From an uncultured Acidobacteriota bacterium (GTDB taxonomy: Bacteria; Acidobacteriota; Thermoanaerobaculia; Multivoradales; UBA5704): 64,000 nucleotides of DNA. The notes below the pieces were generated by a model. The model did no database searches. It worked only from the letters and a program-made list of their open reading frames with translations, and was not told the DNA's origin. This document shows positions 6,577-15,524 of the stretch, piece by piece; positions within the stretch are counted from its first letter, which is position 1, and every line of letters starts with the position of its first letter. The stretch spans positions 928,001 to 992,000 of the forward strand of contig OY969474.1 of assembly GCA_963700145.1 (NCBI GenBank), in the 5' to 3' direction. Made by a program: the position numbers and the translations under genes.

Positions 6577-9257
6577 CGCGCTCCTCTCCGCGCCACCGCC
6601 GGCGGCCGCGCCTCGGCCGGCCCTTCGCGGGCCACGTGCTCGAGCGCGAACGCCAGCTCGTCCTCGGGCGCGATCCGCCCGTCCAGCCGCGCCCGGCGGG
6701 TGGCGCGCAGCGCTTCTCCCACCCACGGCCCCGGCGGCACGCCGGCGGCGAGCAGGTCGGCGCCGCGCGCCGCCGGCTCGACCCGCCGCAGCTCGGTCAG
6801 CTCGCGCCGCACCCAGCCGCGCCCGCGCTCGTCCTCCTCGGCCATCAGGAGGAGCAGCTCCTCGCCCGAGAGCCCCGCCAGCGCCTCGGAGACCTCGTGC
6901 GGCGCGACCCGCGGGCGGCGGAGGACGGCGCGCGCCGCGGCCAGCCGCTCGGGCAGCTCGGCGAGCGTGCGCCGGTCCTCCTCCGGCAGCATGAGGCGCC
7001 GCGCCAGCCGCTCCCGCTCCGCCGCCTCCAGCCCGCCGGCGAGCGCCAGGAGCAGCAGCCGCCCGAGCCGCGCCGGCGGATCCGCCAGCCCTTCGAGCCG
7101 GTACCAGTCGTGCGCGGCGAGGGCGCCGCCCAGGCGCGCGCGCGCAGCCGCGTCGAGCGCCAGGCGCGGATGGAGGACGGAGAGCAGCCCCAGCTCCTCC
7201 AGCCGCTCGAGGCCGCGCAAGGCGATCGTGGGGTCGTCGAGGAGGAGCGCCAGCTCCTCGCGCAGGCGGGCGCCGGAGAGCTGGTCGAACGCGCCCTCCC
7301 CCACCGCCACGGCGAGGAGGCGCAGCGTCTCCGGGCTCATCGCGAAGCAGAGCCGCAGCTCCAACCGCACGGCGCGCAGGGCGCGCGTCGGGTCGTCGAT
7401 GAAGGAGAGGCTGTGGAGGACACGCAGCACGCCGTCGCGCAGGTCGCGGCGGCCGCCGAAGTAGTCGATCAGCTCCGGCGTTCCCTCCGGCCCGAGGCGG
7501 AGGGCGAGAGTGTTGATCGTGAAGTCGCGCCGGTAGAGGTCCTGGCGCAGCGGCGACATCTGCACCTCGGGGAGCGCCGCCGGCGCGCGGTAGAACTCGC
7601 TGCGCGCCGTCGCCACGTCGATCTGGAAGCCGTCGGACTCGGTGACGACGGCGGTCAGGAAGGCCTCGTGGACCCGCACGCGCGCGCCCAGCTCGGCCGC
7701 CAGCTCGCGGGCGAAGGCGGGGCCGTCGCCCTCGACGACGACGTCGAGGTCGCGGTTCTCGCGGCCGAGGAGGAGGTCGCGCACCAGGCCGCCGACGAGA
7801 TAGGCGGGGACGCCGAGCCGGCGCGAGACGGCGGTGATCGTCTCGACGCGGCCGCGCAGCGCGGGGGCGAGCGCGGTCTCGAGGAGCTTCCGCACCTGCT
7901 CGCGGCGCTCGCGCTGGCGCTCGGAGCGGCGGTCGATCGCCTCCTCGAGATCCTCCAGCCGCCCGTGCAGGTGCCGCAGCACCTGCATGCGGGTGACGAG
8001 ACCCAGCGCGCGCCCGCTCTCCGGCTCCCCCACCAGCACCAGGCGCGAGCGGTGGAGGGCCATGCGCTCGGCCACCTCGTCGGCCGGGGCGTCGGGCGCG
8101 ATCCATTCGAGCTCCGGCGCCATGACGCGCTCGACCCGGCGTTCGCCGAGCCCGTGCTGGAGCGCGGCGTCGAGGAGCTGGCGGGTGACCGTGCCGACGA
8201 CGCGCCCCTCGGCGTCCACGACCGGTGCGGCGTTGACGCGGCGCGCATTCAGCTCCTCCTTGGCGGCGGCGACGGTGACGTCGGCGGCCACGGTGGCGAA
8301 GCGGCTCACCATGAGATCGGCGGCGCGGGCGGACGGCGGCAGGGCGTGGGCGAGGAAGGCGAGGAGCCGCTCGCGCACCTCGAGCGTCGTGCCGTCGAGG
8401 CGGGCCGAGGCGGCGGTGGGGTGCCCGCCGCCGCCGCCGAAGTCGGCGAGCGCCGCACCGAGGTCGAAGCCGGCCAGCTCGCCGCGCGCGATGAGCGTCA
8501 CCCGGTCCCCCTCGCCGAAGAGCGCGAAGAGGAGCGGCAGGTCGAAGAGCTCGAGGCAGCGCGAGACCAAGGGCGCCAGCTCGTCCACGTACTCGCCGAG
8601 GTCGAGCTCCACGAGGCCGACGCGGTGGCCGCGCAGGCGGTGCACCTCGAGGTCGCGGGTCATACGGTGGAGCACCTCGATGTGCGCGGGGTCGAGCCGG
8701 CGGGCGGCGAAGCGGCGGACGGCGCCGAGGTCCGCGCCCTGCTCGAGGAGCCAGGCGGCGGCGCGGTGCTCGCGCGGCCCGGTCGTCGGATAAGTGAGGA
8801 GGCCGGTGTCCTCGTAGATGCCGAGGAGGAGGGCGGTGGCCTCGGCGGCGCCGACGCCGAGCCCGCGCTCGTGCAGGAGCTCGACCATGAGCGTCGCGGT
8901 CGAGCCCGACGTGGGGTCGACGAGGCCGCCGGCGACCGGCAGGTCGGCCTCAGAGTCCGGATGGTGGTCGTAGGCCCAGACCTCGATCGCCGGGTGCCGC
9001 GCCAGCCACTCGGCGACGACGCCGATGCGGTCGCGCTGGCGGATGTCGCAGAGGACGACGCGGGTCAGCTCGGCGGGGTCGACATCCTTCTGCCGCAGCT
9101 CCTCGAACTCGACGAGCCCCCCTTCGAGCGCCCGGCGCAGCGACTCCTCGCGCGAGCCGGGGAAGAAGAGGCGGGCCTCTGGATGAAGTTTGCGCGCCGC
9201 GAGCATCGCCGCGAAGCCGTCGAAGTCGGCGCCGACGTGGGTGGAGATGAGCTCCAT
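6573..9257 (-). CDS. tRNA nucleotidyltransferase with N-terminal DHH/DHHA1 and CBS domains (CCA/A-adding type)
   Basis: THVGADFDG, YDHH, GGGGHPTAASA, CBS pair, YLVGGLVRDLLLG...DLDVVV, DLYRRDFTIN, SFIDDPTRALR. Confidence 0.9.
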   Translation of the reverse strand: MELISTHVGADFDGFAAMLAARKLHPEARLFFPGSREESLRRALEGGLVEFEELRQKDVDPAELTRVVLCDIRQRDRIGVVAEWLARHPAIEVWAYDHHPDSEADLPVAGGLVDPTSGSTATLMVELLHERGLGVGAAEATALLLGIYEDTGLLTYPTTGPREHRAAAWLLEQGADLGAVRRFAARRLDPAHIEVLHRMTRDLEVHRLRGHRVGLVELDLGEYVDELAPLVSRCLELFDLPLLFALFGEGDRVTLIARGELAGFDLGAALADFGGGGGHPTAASARLDGTTLEVRERLLAFLAHALPPSARAADLMVSRFATVAADVTVAAAKEELNARRVNAAPVVDAEGRVVGTVTRQLLDAALQHGLGERRVERVMAPELEWIAPDAPADEVAERMALHRSRLVLVGEPESGRALGLVTRMQVLRHLHGRLEDLEEAIDRRSERQRERREQVRKLLETALAPALRGRVETITAVSRRLGVPAYLVGGLVRDLLLGRENRDLDVVVEGDGPAFARELAAELGARVRVHEAFLTAVVTESDGFQIDVATARSEFYRAPAALPEVQMSPLRQDLYRRDFTINTLALRLGPEGTPELIDYFGGRRDLRDGVLRVLHSLSFIDDPTRALRAVRLELRLCFAMSPETLRLLAVAVGEGAFDQLSGARLREELALLLDDPTIALRGLERLEELGLLSVLHPRLALDAAARARLGGALAAHDWYRLEGLADPPARLGRLLLLALAGGLEAAERERLARRLMLPEEDRRTLAELPERLAAARAVLRRPRVAPHEVSEALAGLSGEELLLLMAEEDERGRGWVRRELTELRRVEPAARGADLLAAGVPPGPWVGEALRATRRARLDGRIAPEDELAFALEHVAREGPAEARPPAVARRGAR

Positions 9258-9315
9258 CGCCGGGATTGTAGCGCCCGGTGGCCGGGCGTCCCGCGGCGGC
9301 GATCGGGGCGCCGGC

Positions 9316-9465
9316 TCAGTGCCGCTTGAAGAACTGCACGGCGCGCTCGTGCTTCTCGGCGGCGGCGCGGGTCTTGAAGGTGCCGAGGTTGCGGCGCTTG
9401 CCGGTCTTGGGGTCCTTCTTCCGCGAGTAGAGGCGGTACTCGCCGGAGGCGAGCTTGCGGATCAT
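9316..9465 (-). CDS. Small basic hypothetical protein (49 aa)
   Basis: MIRKLASGEYRLYSRKKDPKTGKRRNLGTFKTRAAAEKHERAVQFFKRH*; strong GC3 codon bias. Below the ORF-track cutoff. Confidence 0.75.
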   Translation of the reverse strand: MIRKLASGEYRLYSRKKDPKTGKRRNLGTFKTRAAAEKHERAVQFFKRH

Positions 9466-9472
9466 CGCCGGC

Positions 9473-9916
9473 TCAGCTCTTGGCGCGCGCCCGGGCCGCC
9501 TTCTTGGCGGCGCGCGAGCGGTCGGCCTTCGTGCGGCGGGCCGCGGCGCTCTTGGCTTGCCGCGAGAGCGCCGTCTTCGAGGCCGCGCTGTGACCTTCCT
9601 TCTTGAGCGCCTTGCGGGCCGCCCGCGAGCGCGACGGCGACGGCTTCTTCTTGGCGGCGCCCTTCTTGAGGTCGCGCTTCGCCTGCTCGCGCGTCTCCTT
9701 CGGCGCCTCGCCCTTTTCCGGCGGCGGCAGCTTCACGCCGGCGCGGCGCGCCTTGGAGAGCCCGATCGCGATCGCCTGCTTGGTCGAGCGGGCGCCGTGC
9801 TTGCCCTCGCGGATGTGCTCGATCTCCTCGTGCACGAACTCCCCGGCCTGCGTGCTCGGCGACTTCCCCTCGCGCTTGGCTTCGCGGGCGCGCTCGACAG
9901 TCTCTTTCTCGGGCAT
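9473..9916 (-). CDS. Lys/Ala/Arg-rich putative DNA-binding protein (DUF6496-like)
   Basis: STQAGEFVHEEIEHIREGKHGARSTKQAIAIGLSKARRAG plus a histone-like basic tail. RBS AAGGAG lies before MPEKE. Confidence 0.7.
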   Translation of the reverse strand: MPEKETVERAREAKREGKSPSTQAGEFVHEEIEHIREGKHGARSTKQAIAIGLSKARRAGVKLPPPEKGEAPKETREQAKRDLKKGAAKKKPSPSRSRAARKALKKEGHSAASKTALSRQAKSAAARRTKADRSRAAKKAARARAKS

Positions 9917-9968
9917 GGCAAGCTCCTTTCCTTTCAAGAGCTTGCTGCAAGCGACATGCCCCGGCGCC

Positions 9969-11231
9969 TCAGCCGCCGATCTTCTGCACGATCCGGCGGG
10001 CCAGGATGCGGAAGGTCTTCAGCGTCGGGTCGTAGTCGTTCCAGGCCACGACGCCGCGGCCGGCGGCGTTGAGGGCCACGACAGGGAAGCGCTGCTGCGG
10101 CCGTTCGGCGGAGATCAGGATGTCCGGGCCGATCGGCGTGCCGTCCTCGGCGAGGCGGCGGCCGAAGATCCAGACGTCCCAGTCGTCGTGGCCGGCGAAC
10201 TGGCTCTGGCTCTCCCAGACGGCGAAGAAGCCCCCGGCCCGCCGCGAGACGTCGGGCGACGTCTGGGTCCCCGCGACCTCGGCGTTGACGTGGACCACTT
10301 CCCCGGGGGTGCCGTCGGCGGCGTAGTGCTGCCCCCGCAGGCCGGTGGTGGAGTTGAGGTCGCCGTGCTCGAAGTCGCCGCCCATGTCGGTGCAGACGAC
10401 CTCGAAGCTCCCGCCGGGCGCCATGGCGACCGCGGGGGTGACCTGGCTCGCGGCGAAGGTCTCGCCGGTGTCCAGCGCGAGCTCCTCGCCCTGCGCAACG
10501 CCGTTCGCCGCGAAGCGCTGGATCATGACGTCGTAGAAGCTGCTTTCGCCGCCGTAGGAGAGCCAGACGACGACGAAGTCGCCGTTGGCAGCCATCTCGA
10601 CCTTCGGCTCGATCTGGTCGCGGCGGGTCGTGACGTTGACCTGGAACTCGGAGCCCCGCGGCCTGCCCTCGGCCGAGAACCGGCGGGCGAAGATCTCCGG
10701 CGCGTCGCGGCCGGACTCCGAGGCGTGGGAGCTCTCCCAGGCCGCGACGAAGCTGCCGTTGGGCGCGATCGCCACGTCGGGGCCGCGCTGGTTGCCGAGC
10801 AGGGTCGGGGTGAGCCGGAACGGCGCGCCGAGCGGCTTGCCGGCGGCGTCGAACCGGCGGGCCAGCACGCGGAAGTGGCCGGGGACGTTCTCGGTCCAGA
10901 CGACGACGAAGCGGCCGTTCCCCTGCATGGCGACCCGCGGGCCGAACTGGTCCCAGGGCGGCGTGCTGACGCCAAGCTCGCTCGTGCGCGGCGTGCCGTC
11001 GGCGCGGAAGAGGCGGAAACGGACACGGCTTGGGCCCTCGGGCGGGCCCGCGGTCCAGGCGAGGAGGAAGTCGCCGTTGGCCGCCACGGCGGCGGCGTTG
11101 ACGAGCTCCGACGTCCCGTCCACCGCGGTGATCGCCAGCTCGGGGCCGCGAGGGGTCTGGGCCTCGGAGACGGCGAGGGGGAGGAGGGCGGCGGCGGCGA
11201 GGAGGAGAAGAGTGCGACCCGGGAAGCTCAT
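9969..11231 (-). CDS. Secreted repeat (beta-propeller-like) protein, paralog A
   Basis: Signal peptide; recurring unit EFQVN...Q..P.VAMAANG.FVVVW...ARRF. Confidence 0.75.
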   Translation of the reverse strand: MSFPGRTLLLLAAAALLPLAVSEAQTPRGPELAITAVDGTSELVNAAAVAANGDFLLAWTAGPPEGPSRVRFRLFRADGTPRTSELGVSTPPWDQFGPRVAMQGNGRFVVVWTENVPGHFRVLARRFDAAGKPLGAPFRLTPTLLGNQRGPDVAIAPNGSFVAAWESSHASESGRDAPEIFARRFSAEGRPRGSEFQVNVTTRRDQIEPKVEMAANGDFVVVWLSYGGESSFYDVMIQRFAANGVAQGEELALDTGETFAASQVTPAVAMAPGGSFEVVCTDMGGDFEHGDLNSTTGLRGQHYAADGTPGEVVHVNAEVAGTQTSPDVSRRAGGFFAVWESQSQFAGHDDWDVWIFGRRLAEDGTPIGPDILISAERPQQRFPVVALNAAGRGVVAWNDYDPTLKTFRILARRIVQKIGG

Positions 11232-11312
11232 ACAATTCCTCCGAAAAGAGTCCGAAACGGTCAACCCTGTGCGACAGCGCTGCATTCCACCCGCCCGACA
11301 GGAGAGAGCCCG

Positions 11313-11684
11313 ATGATCCGCGGCGTCCATACGATGTTCTACACCTCGCAGCCGGACGAGCTCCGCGCCTTCCTGCGCGACGTCCTGGGGTTCCCGGCGT
11401 CGGACGTGGGCGACGGCTGGCTCATCTTCGACCTGCCGGAGGCGGACATGGGGTGCCACCCGACCGAGGCCGACGGCCCGCCGTCGGGCACACCGGACAT
11501 CTCCTTCTACTGCGACGACATCGAGGCGACGGTCGCGGAGCTCAAGGCGAAGGGGGTGCGCTTCACCGGCGACGTCGAGGACCATGGCTACGGTCTGGTG
11601 ACCCATTTCCTGATGCCGGGCGAGATCGAGGTCCAGCTCTACCAGCCGCGCTACAGCAAGTCGGGCGGCCAGCCGGCGCGCTAG
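11313..11684 (+). CDS. VOC/glyoxalase family protein
   Basis: MIRGVHTMFY...LRAFLRDVLGF...ISFYCDDIEATVAELKAKGV; RBS AGGAG. Confidence 0.85.
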   Translation: MIRGVHTMFYTSQPDELRAFLRDVLGFPASDVGDGWLIFDLPEADMGCHPTEADGPPSGTPDISFYCDDIEATVAELKAKGVRFTGDVEDHGYGLVTHFLMPGEIEVQLYQPRYSKSGGQPAR

Positions 11685-12946
11685 GGAGGGTTCCGCTGCA
11701 CGATGCGGCGGGCGCGGATACGGAAGGTGCGGAAGTAGAGGTCGGACTCGTTCCAGGCGACGATCCCGCGGCCCTGCGCGTCGAGAGCCACCACGGGACC
11801 CTCCCCGTACTGCGCGCTGATCCGGATGTCGCCGCCGAGCGGCGTCCCGTCCGGGGCGAGGCGCCGGCCGAAGATCCCTTGGCTGCTCGCAGCGGCGCCG
11901 GTGCTCTGCCAGACGACGAAGAAGCCGCCGAGACGCCGGGAGACGTCCGGCCTCTGCTGGCGTCCCGCCACAGCGCCGTTGACGTGAATGGGAGGCCCGA
12001 CGAACGCTCCATCCGCCGCGACGCGCCGGCCCACGATGCCGAGGTACGGGAACTCCTCGGTCGAGGGGTCCTCGTCGCGGTCGAGGTCGCCGAGGTAATC
12101 GGTGCAGACCGCCATGAAGCCGCCGTCCGGCGCCATCGCGATCGCCCCCTGGATCTCGTTGAGGTCGCTCCTGTACTCCGTCTCCAGTGAGAGCTCATCG
12201 CCTCGGCGGGAACCGTTGGCAGCGAAGCGCTGCATCCTGACATCGTAGAACTCCGCCATCCAGGAGTCCCAAGCGATCACGAAGTCGCCGTTAGCGGCCG
12301 CCGCGACTCGCGGCAGCGACTGCTCCTCGCTGGTGCGCGCATTGACCAGGAACTCGGGGCCCAGGGGCTTCCCTGCCGACGAGAAGCGACGGGCGAAGAT
12401 GTCGGGCATGTGGCGGCGGAGCGTCGCGATGTGATCGCTCGACCATGTCGCGACGAAGCTGCCGTTGGCTGCCATGGCCACGTCGGGATCGCGCTGGTTG
12501 CCCTGGAGGTTCGGCGTCAGCCGGAAGGGCGGCGCCAGCGGCGCGCCGCTGGCGCCGAACCGCCGCGCCAGCACGCGGAAGTGGCCGGGGACCTGCTCGG
12601 TCCAGACGACGACGAAGCGGCCATCCCCCCTCATGGCGACCCGCGGCCCGAACTGACCCCAGGGCGGGGTACCGACACCCAGCACGGCGGTGCGCGGCGT
12701 GCCGTCGGCGCGGAAGAGGCGGAAGCGAACGCGGCTCGGACCCTCGGGCGGACTGGCGGTCCAGGCGAGGAGGAAGTCCCCGTTCGCCGCCACGGCGGCG
12801 CCGGTGACGAACTCCGACGTGGCGTCGAACGCGGTGACCGGGATCTCAGGGCCGCGAGGGGTCTGCGCCTCGACGGTGTGCAGGGGAGGGAGAGCGAGAA
12901 CGGCGGCGAAGAGGAGACTGCGGCACGGCGGGCTCATGCGGGGCAT
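11681..12946 (-). CDS. Secreted repeat (beta-propeller-like) protein, paralog B
   Basis: Clearly homologous to 9969..11231 (shared AVAANGDFLLAWTA.PPEGPSRVRFRLFRADGTPRT). Confidence 0.75.
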   Translation of the reverse strand: MPRMSPPCRSLLFAAVLALPPLHTVEAQTPRGPEIPVTAFDATSEFVTGAAVAANGDFLLAWTASPPEGPSRVRFRLFRADGTPRTAVLGVGTPPWGQFGPRVAMRGDGRFVVVWTEQVPGHFRVLARRFGASGAPLAPPFRLTPNLQGNQRDPDVAMAANGSFVATWSSDHIATLRRHMPDIFARRFSSAGKPLGPEFLVNARTSEEQSLPRVAAAANGDFVIAWDSWMAEFYDVRMQRFAANGSRRGDELSLETEYRSDLNEIQGAIAMAPDGGFMAVCTDYLGDLDRDEDPSTEEFPYLGIVGRRVAADGAFVGPPIHVNGAVAGRQQRPDVSRRLGGFFVVWQSTGAAASSQGIFGRRLAPDGTPLGGDIRISAQYGEGPVVALDAQGRGIVAWNESDLYFRTFRIRARRIVQRNPP

Positions 12947-12981
12947 CTCTGGACCTTTCTACGACTGAGCCTCCGGAAGCA

Positions 12982-13827
12982 TCACGCCCGCTCCTTCATC
13001 GCCTCGCGGTGCAGGAACTCCGGCGTCGGGCCGGTGGTCGTCTCGATCGCCGGCAGGTCCATGCCGCGGAGGACCTCCTCGACGGAGGTCAGGCCGACGG
13101 TGGCGGCCTTGACCTCGGCTTCGACGAAGGCGGGGTCGCGGCGGGTGAGGGCCTGCTCCTGGATCAGGAGGATCGAGTTCTCGATCCGCCCCAGGCGGGC
13201 GCGCAGGCCCTCCCGGTTCTCCTCGGCGCGCTGCAGGTTCTCGAGGCGTTTCTTGAGCACGTCCACGTTCTCGGCCAGCGCCGCCTTGAGCGTCTCGGAG
13301 GTCGAAGCCGCCTGGTCGCGCTCGGCCCGCTGCAGCGCCGCATCGATCTCCTTCTTCGGCACCCCCGTGCAGAGGGCGTCGAGCATCTGCTCGTAGGAGA
13401 GGGTGCGCAGGAACACCCAGAGGAGCTTGTTGACGCTGTCGACCTGCTGGTCCTCGAAGAGGTCGTCGAGCCCCTTCTCCCCCGCCCGCGTCGCGGCCAG
13501 CGACCGCTGCAGCTCGCGGCAGCGGTCGCGGACGGCGTCGAAGCGCTGCCGCCGCGACGCGCTCAGCCCCTTGACCAGCTCCTCGGCCGCTTCCTCGCTG
13601 CTCACCGCCTTGCGATAGTCGCGCCGCGCGCGCACCAGGTGCTGGAAGCGCGGGTAGTGCGCCAGCCCGAGGAGGTAGACCAGCTCGGCCGCCGCCACCA
13701 GCGGCCAGACGACGAGCGGCTGCATGGTGACGACGCCCGCCAGGACGCCGCCGCTGAGCAGGATGACGTTGTAGGGGACCTTGAAGGCCTCCCGGATGTA
13801 GTCGAAGATGCCGGCGTCGCGGGCCAT
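12982..13827 (-). CDS. Membrane-anchored coiled-coil hypothetical protein
   Basis: Two N-terminal hydrophobic segments, then a long heptad-rich helical region. Last gene of the ABC operon (4-nt gap). Confidence 0.75.
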   Translation of the reverse strand: MARDAGIFDYIREAFKVPYNVILLSGGVLAGVVTMQPLVVWPLVAAAELVYLLGLAHYPRFQHLVRARRDYRKAVSSEEAAEELVKGLSASRRQRFDAVRDRCRELQRSLAATRAGEKGLDDLFEDQQVDSVNKLLWVFLRTLSYEQMLDALCTGVPKKEIDAALQRAERDQAASTSETLKAALAENVDVLKKRLENLQRAEENREGLRARLGRIENSILLIQEQALTRRDPAFVEAEVKAATVGLTSVEEVLRGMDLPAIETTTGPTPEFLHREAMKERA

Positions 13828-13831
13828 CGCT

Positions 13832-14722
<891 letters not shown>

Positions 14723-14723
14723 C

Positions 14724-15518
14724 TCAGTCCTCCGCGAACCGGTAGGGGAAGAGCCGGCGCTGCGCCGCCAGCAGCAGGCGGTCGATGCCGAAGGCGAGCA
14801 GGCTGATCACGAAGAGCACCCAGTAGATGTGCTCGCGCGGGCCGCGCCGCTGCGCCACCTGGATGATGTAGCCGAGCCCGAACTTGGCGTCGATCAGCTC
14901 GGCGAGCACGATGTAGCCGAAGGCCAGCCCGAAGAGCAGGCGCAGCGAGTTGAAGATGTCGGGCAGGGCGATGGGCACCAGCACCTTCCAGACCACCGGC
15001 CAGCGCTTCGCCCCCAGCGTGTAGGCGGTCTCGACGTAGCGCTCGTCGACGTCGAGGATGGCGCGCGTGGTGTCGAAGATGACGAAGCCGACGCAGGCGA
15101 TGAAGAGGAAGAAGATTTTCTGCTGCTCGCCCAGGCCGAACCAGACCAGGGTGAGCGGGATGAGCGCGGCGATCGGCACGTTGCGCAGGAAGAGGGTCGC
15201 GGGGCGGAGGAACGCTTCGACGGCGCGAAAGCACCCCGCGAGGATGCCGAGCGGCACGCCGATCAGCGCCGCCAGGCCGAAGCCGAGACCGATCCGCCCC
15301 AGGCTCCAGCCGGTCGAGCGGGTCAGCGCGGCGTCGAACCAGAGGCTCTCGAAGCTCGCCAGCACCTCGCCGGGGCTGGGCAGGGTGAGCGGCGAGAGGA
15401 TGCGCTCCTCCGGCGCCCCCCAGGTCAGCCCCCACCAGACGAGCAGCACCAGGGCGACCGAGCCGAGCTGGATCCCCCAGGTCCAGAGCCAGGGGAGGCG
15501 GCGGCGCAGCCCGTGCAA
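14724..15518 (-). CDS. ABC transporter permease (TauC/SsuC type)
   Basis: LPSPGEV, LRNVPIAALIPL, YVETAYTLGA (EAA-like loop). Confidence 0.92.
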   Translation of the reverse strand: MHGLRRRLPWLWTWGIQLGSVALVLLVWWGLTWGAPEERILSPLTLPSPGEVLASFESLWFDAALTRSTGWSLGRIGLGFGLAALIGVPLGILAGCFRAVEAFLRPATLFLRNVPIAALIPLTLVWFGLGEQQKIFFLFIACVGFVIFDTTRAILDVDERYVETAYTLGAKRWPVVWKVLVPIALPDIFNSLRLLFGLAFGYIVLAELIDAKFGLGYIIQVAQRRGPREHIYWVLFVISLLAFGIDRLLLAAQRRLFPYRFAED

Positions 15519-15524
15519 CGACCG

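Noticed and set aside
6519-9329. Very long opposite-strand or alternate-frame ORFs (also 18820..22254, 18782..21757, 30417..32678, 48591..51371, 49990..52608, 55557..57857)
   Set aside because: Shadow ORFs from high GC3 bias over well-identified genes. They are Arg/Gly/Pro-rich or antisense-patterned and show no family motifs.
9603-11684. Apparent long fusion ORFs ending in real genes (also 35070..38009, 53660..55303, 29311..31695, 39901..42042, 38607..40586)
   Set aside because: Upstream extensions are stop-free shadow frames. True starts were reassigned using RBS, -10 boxes and motif boundaries.
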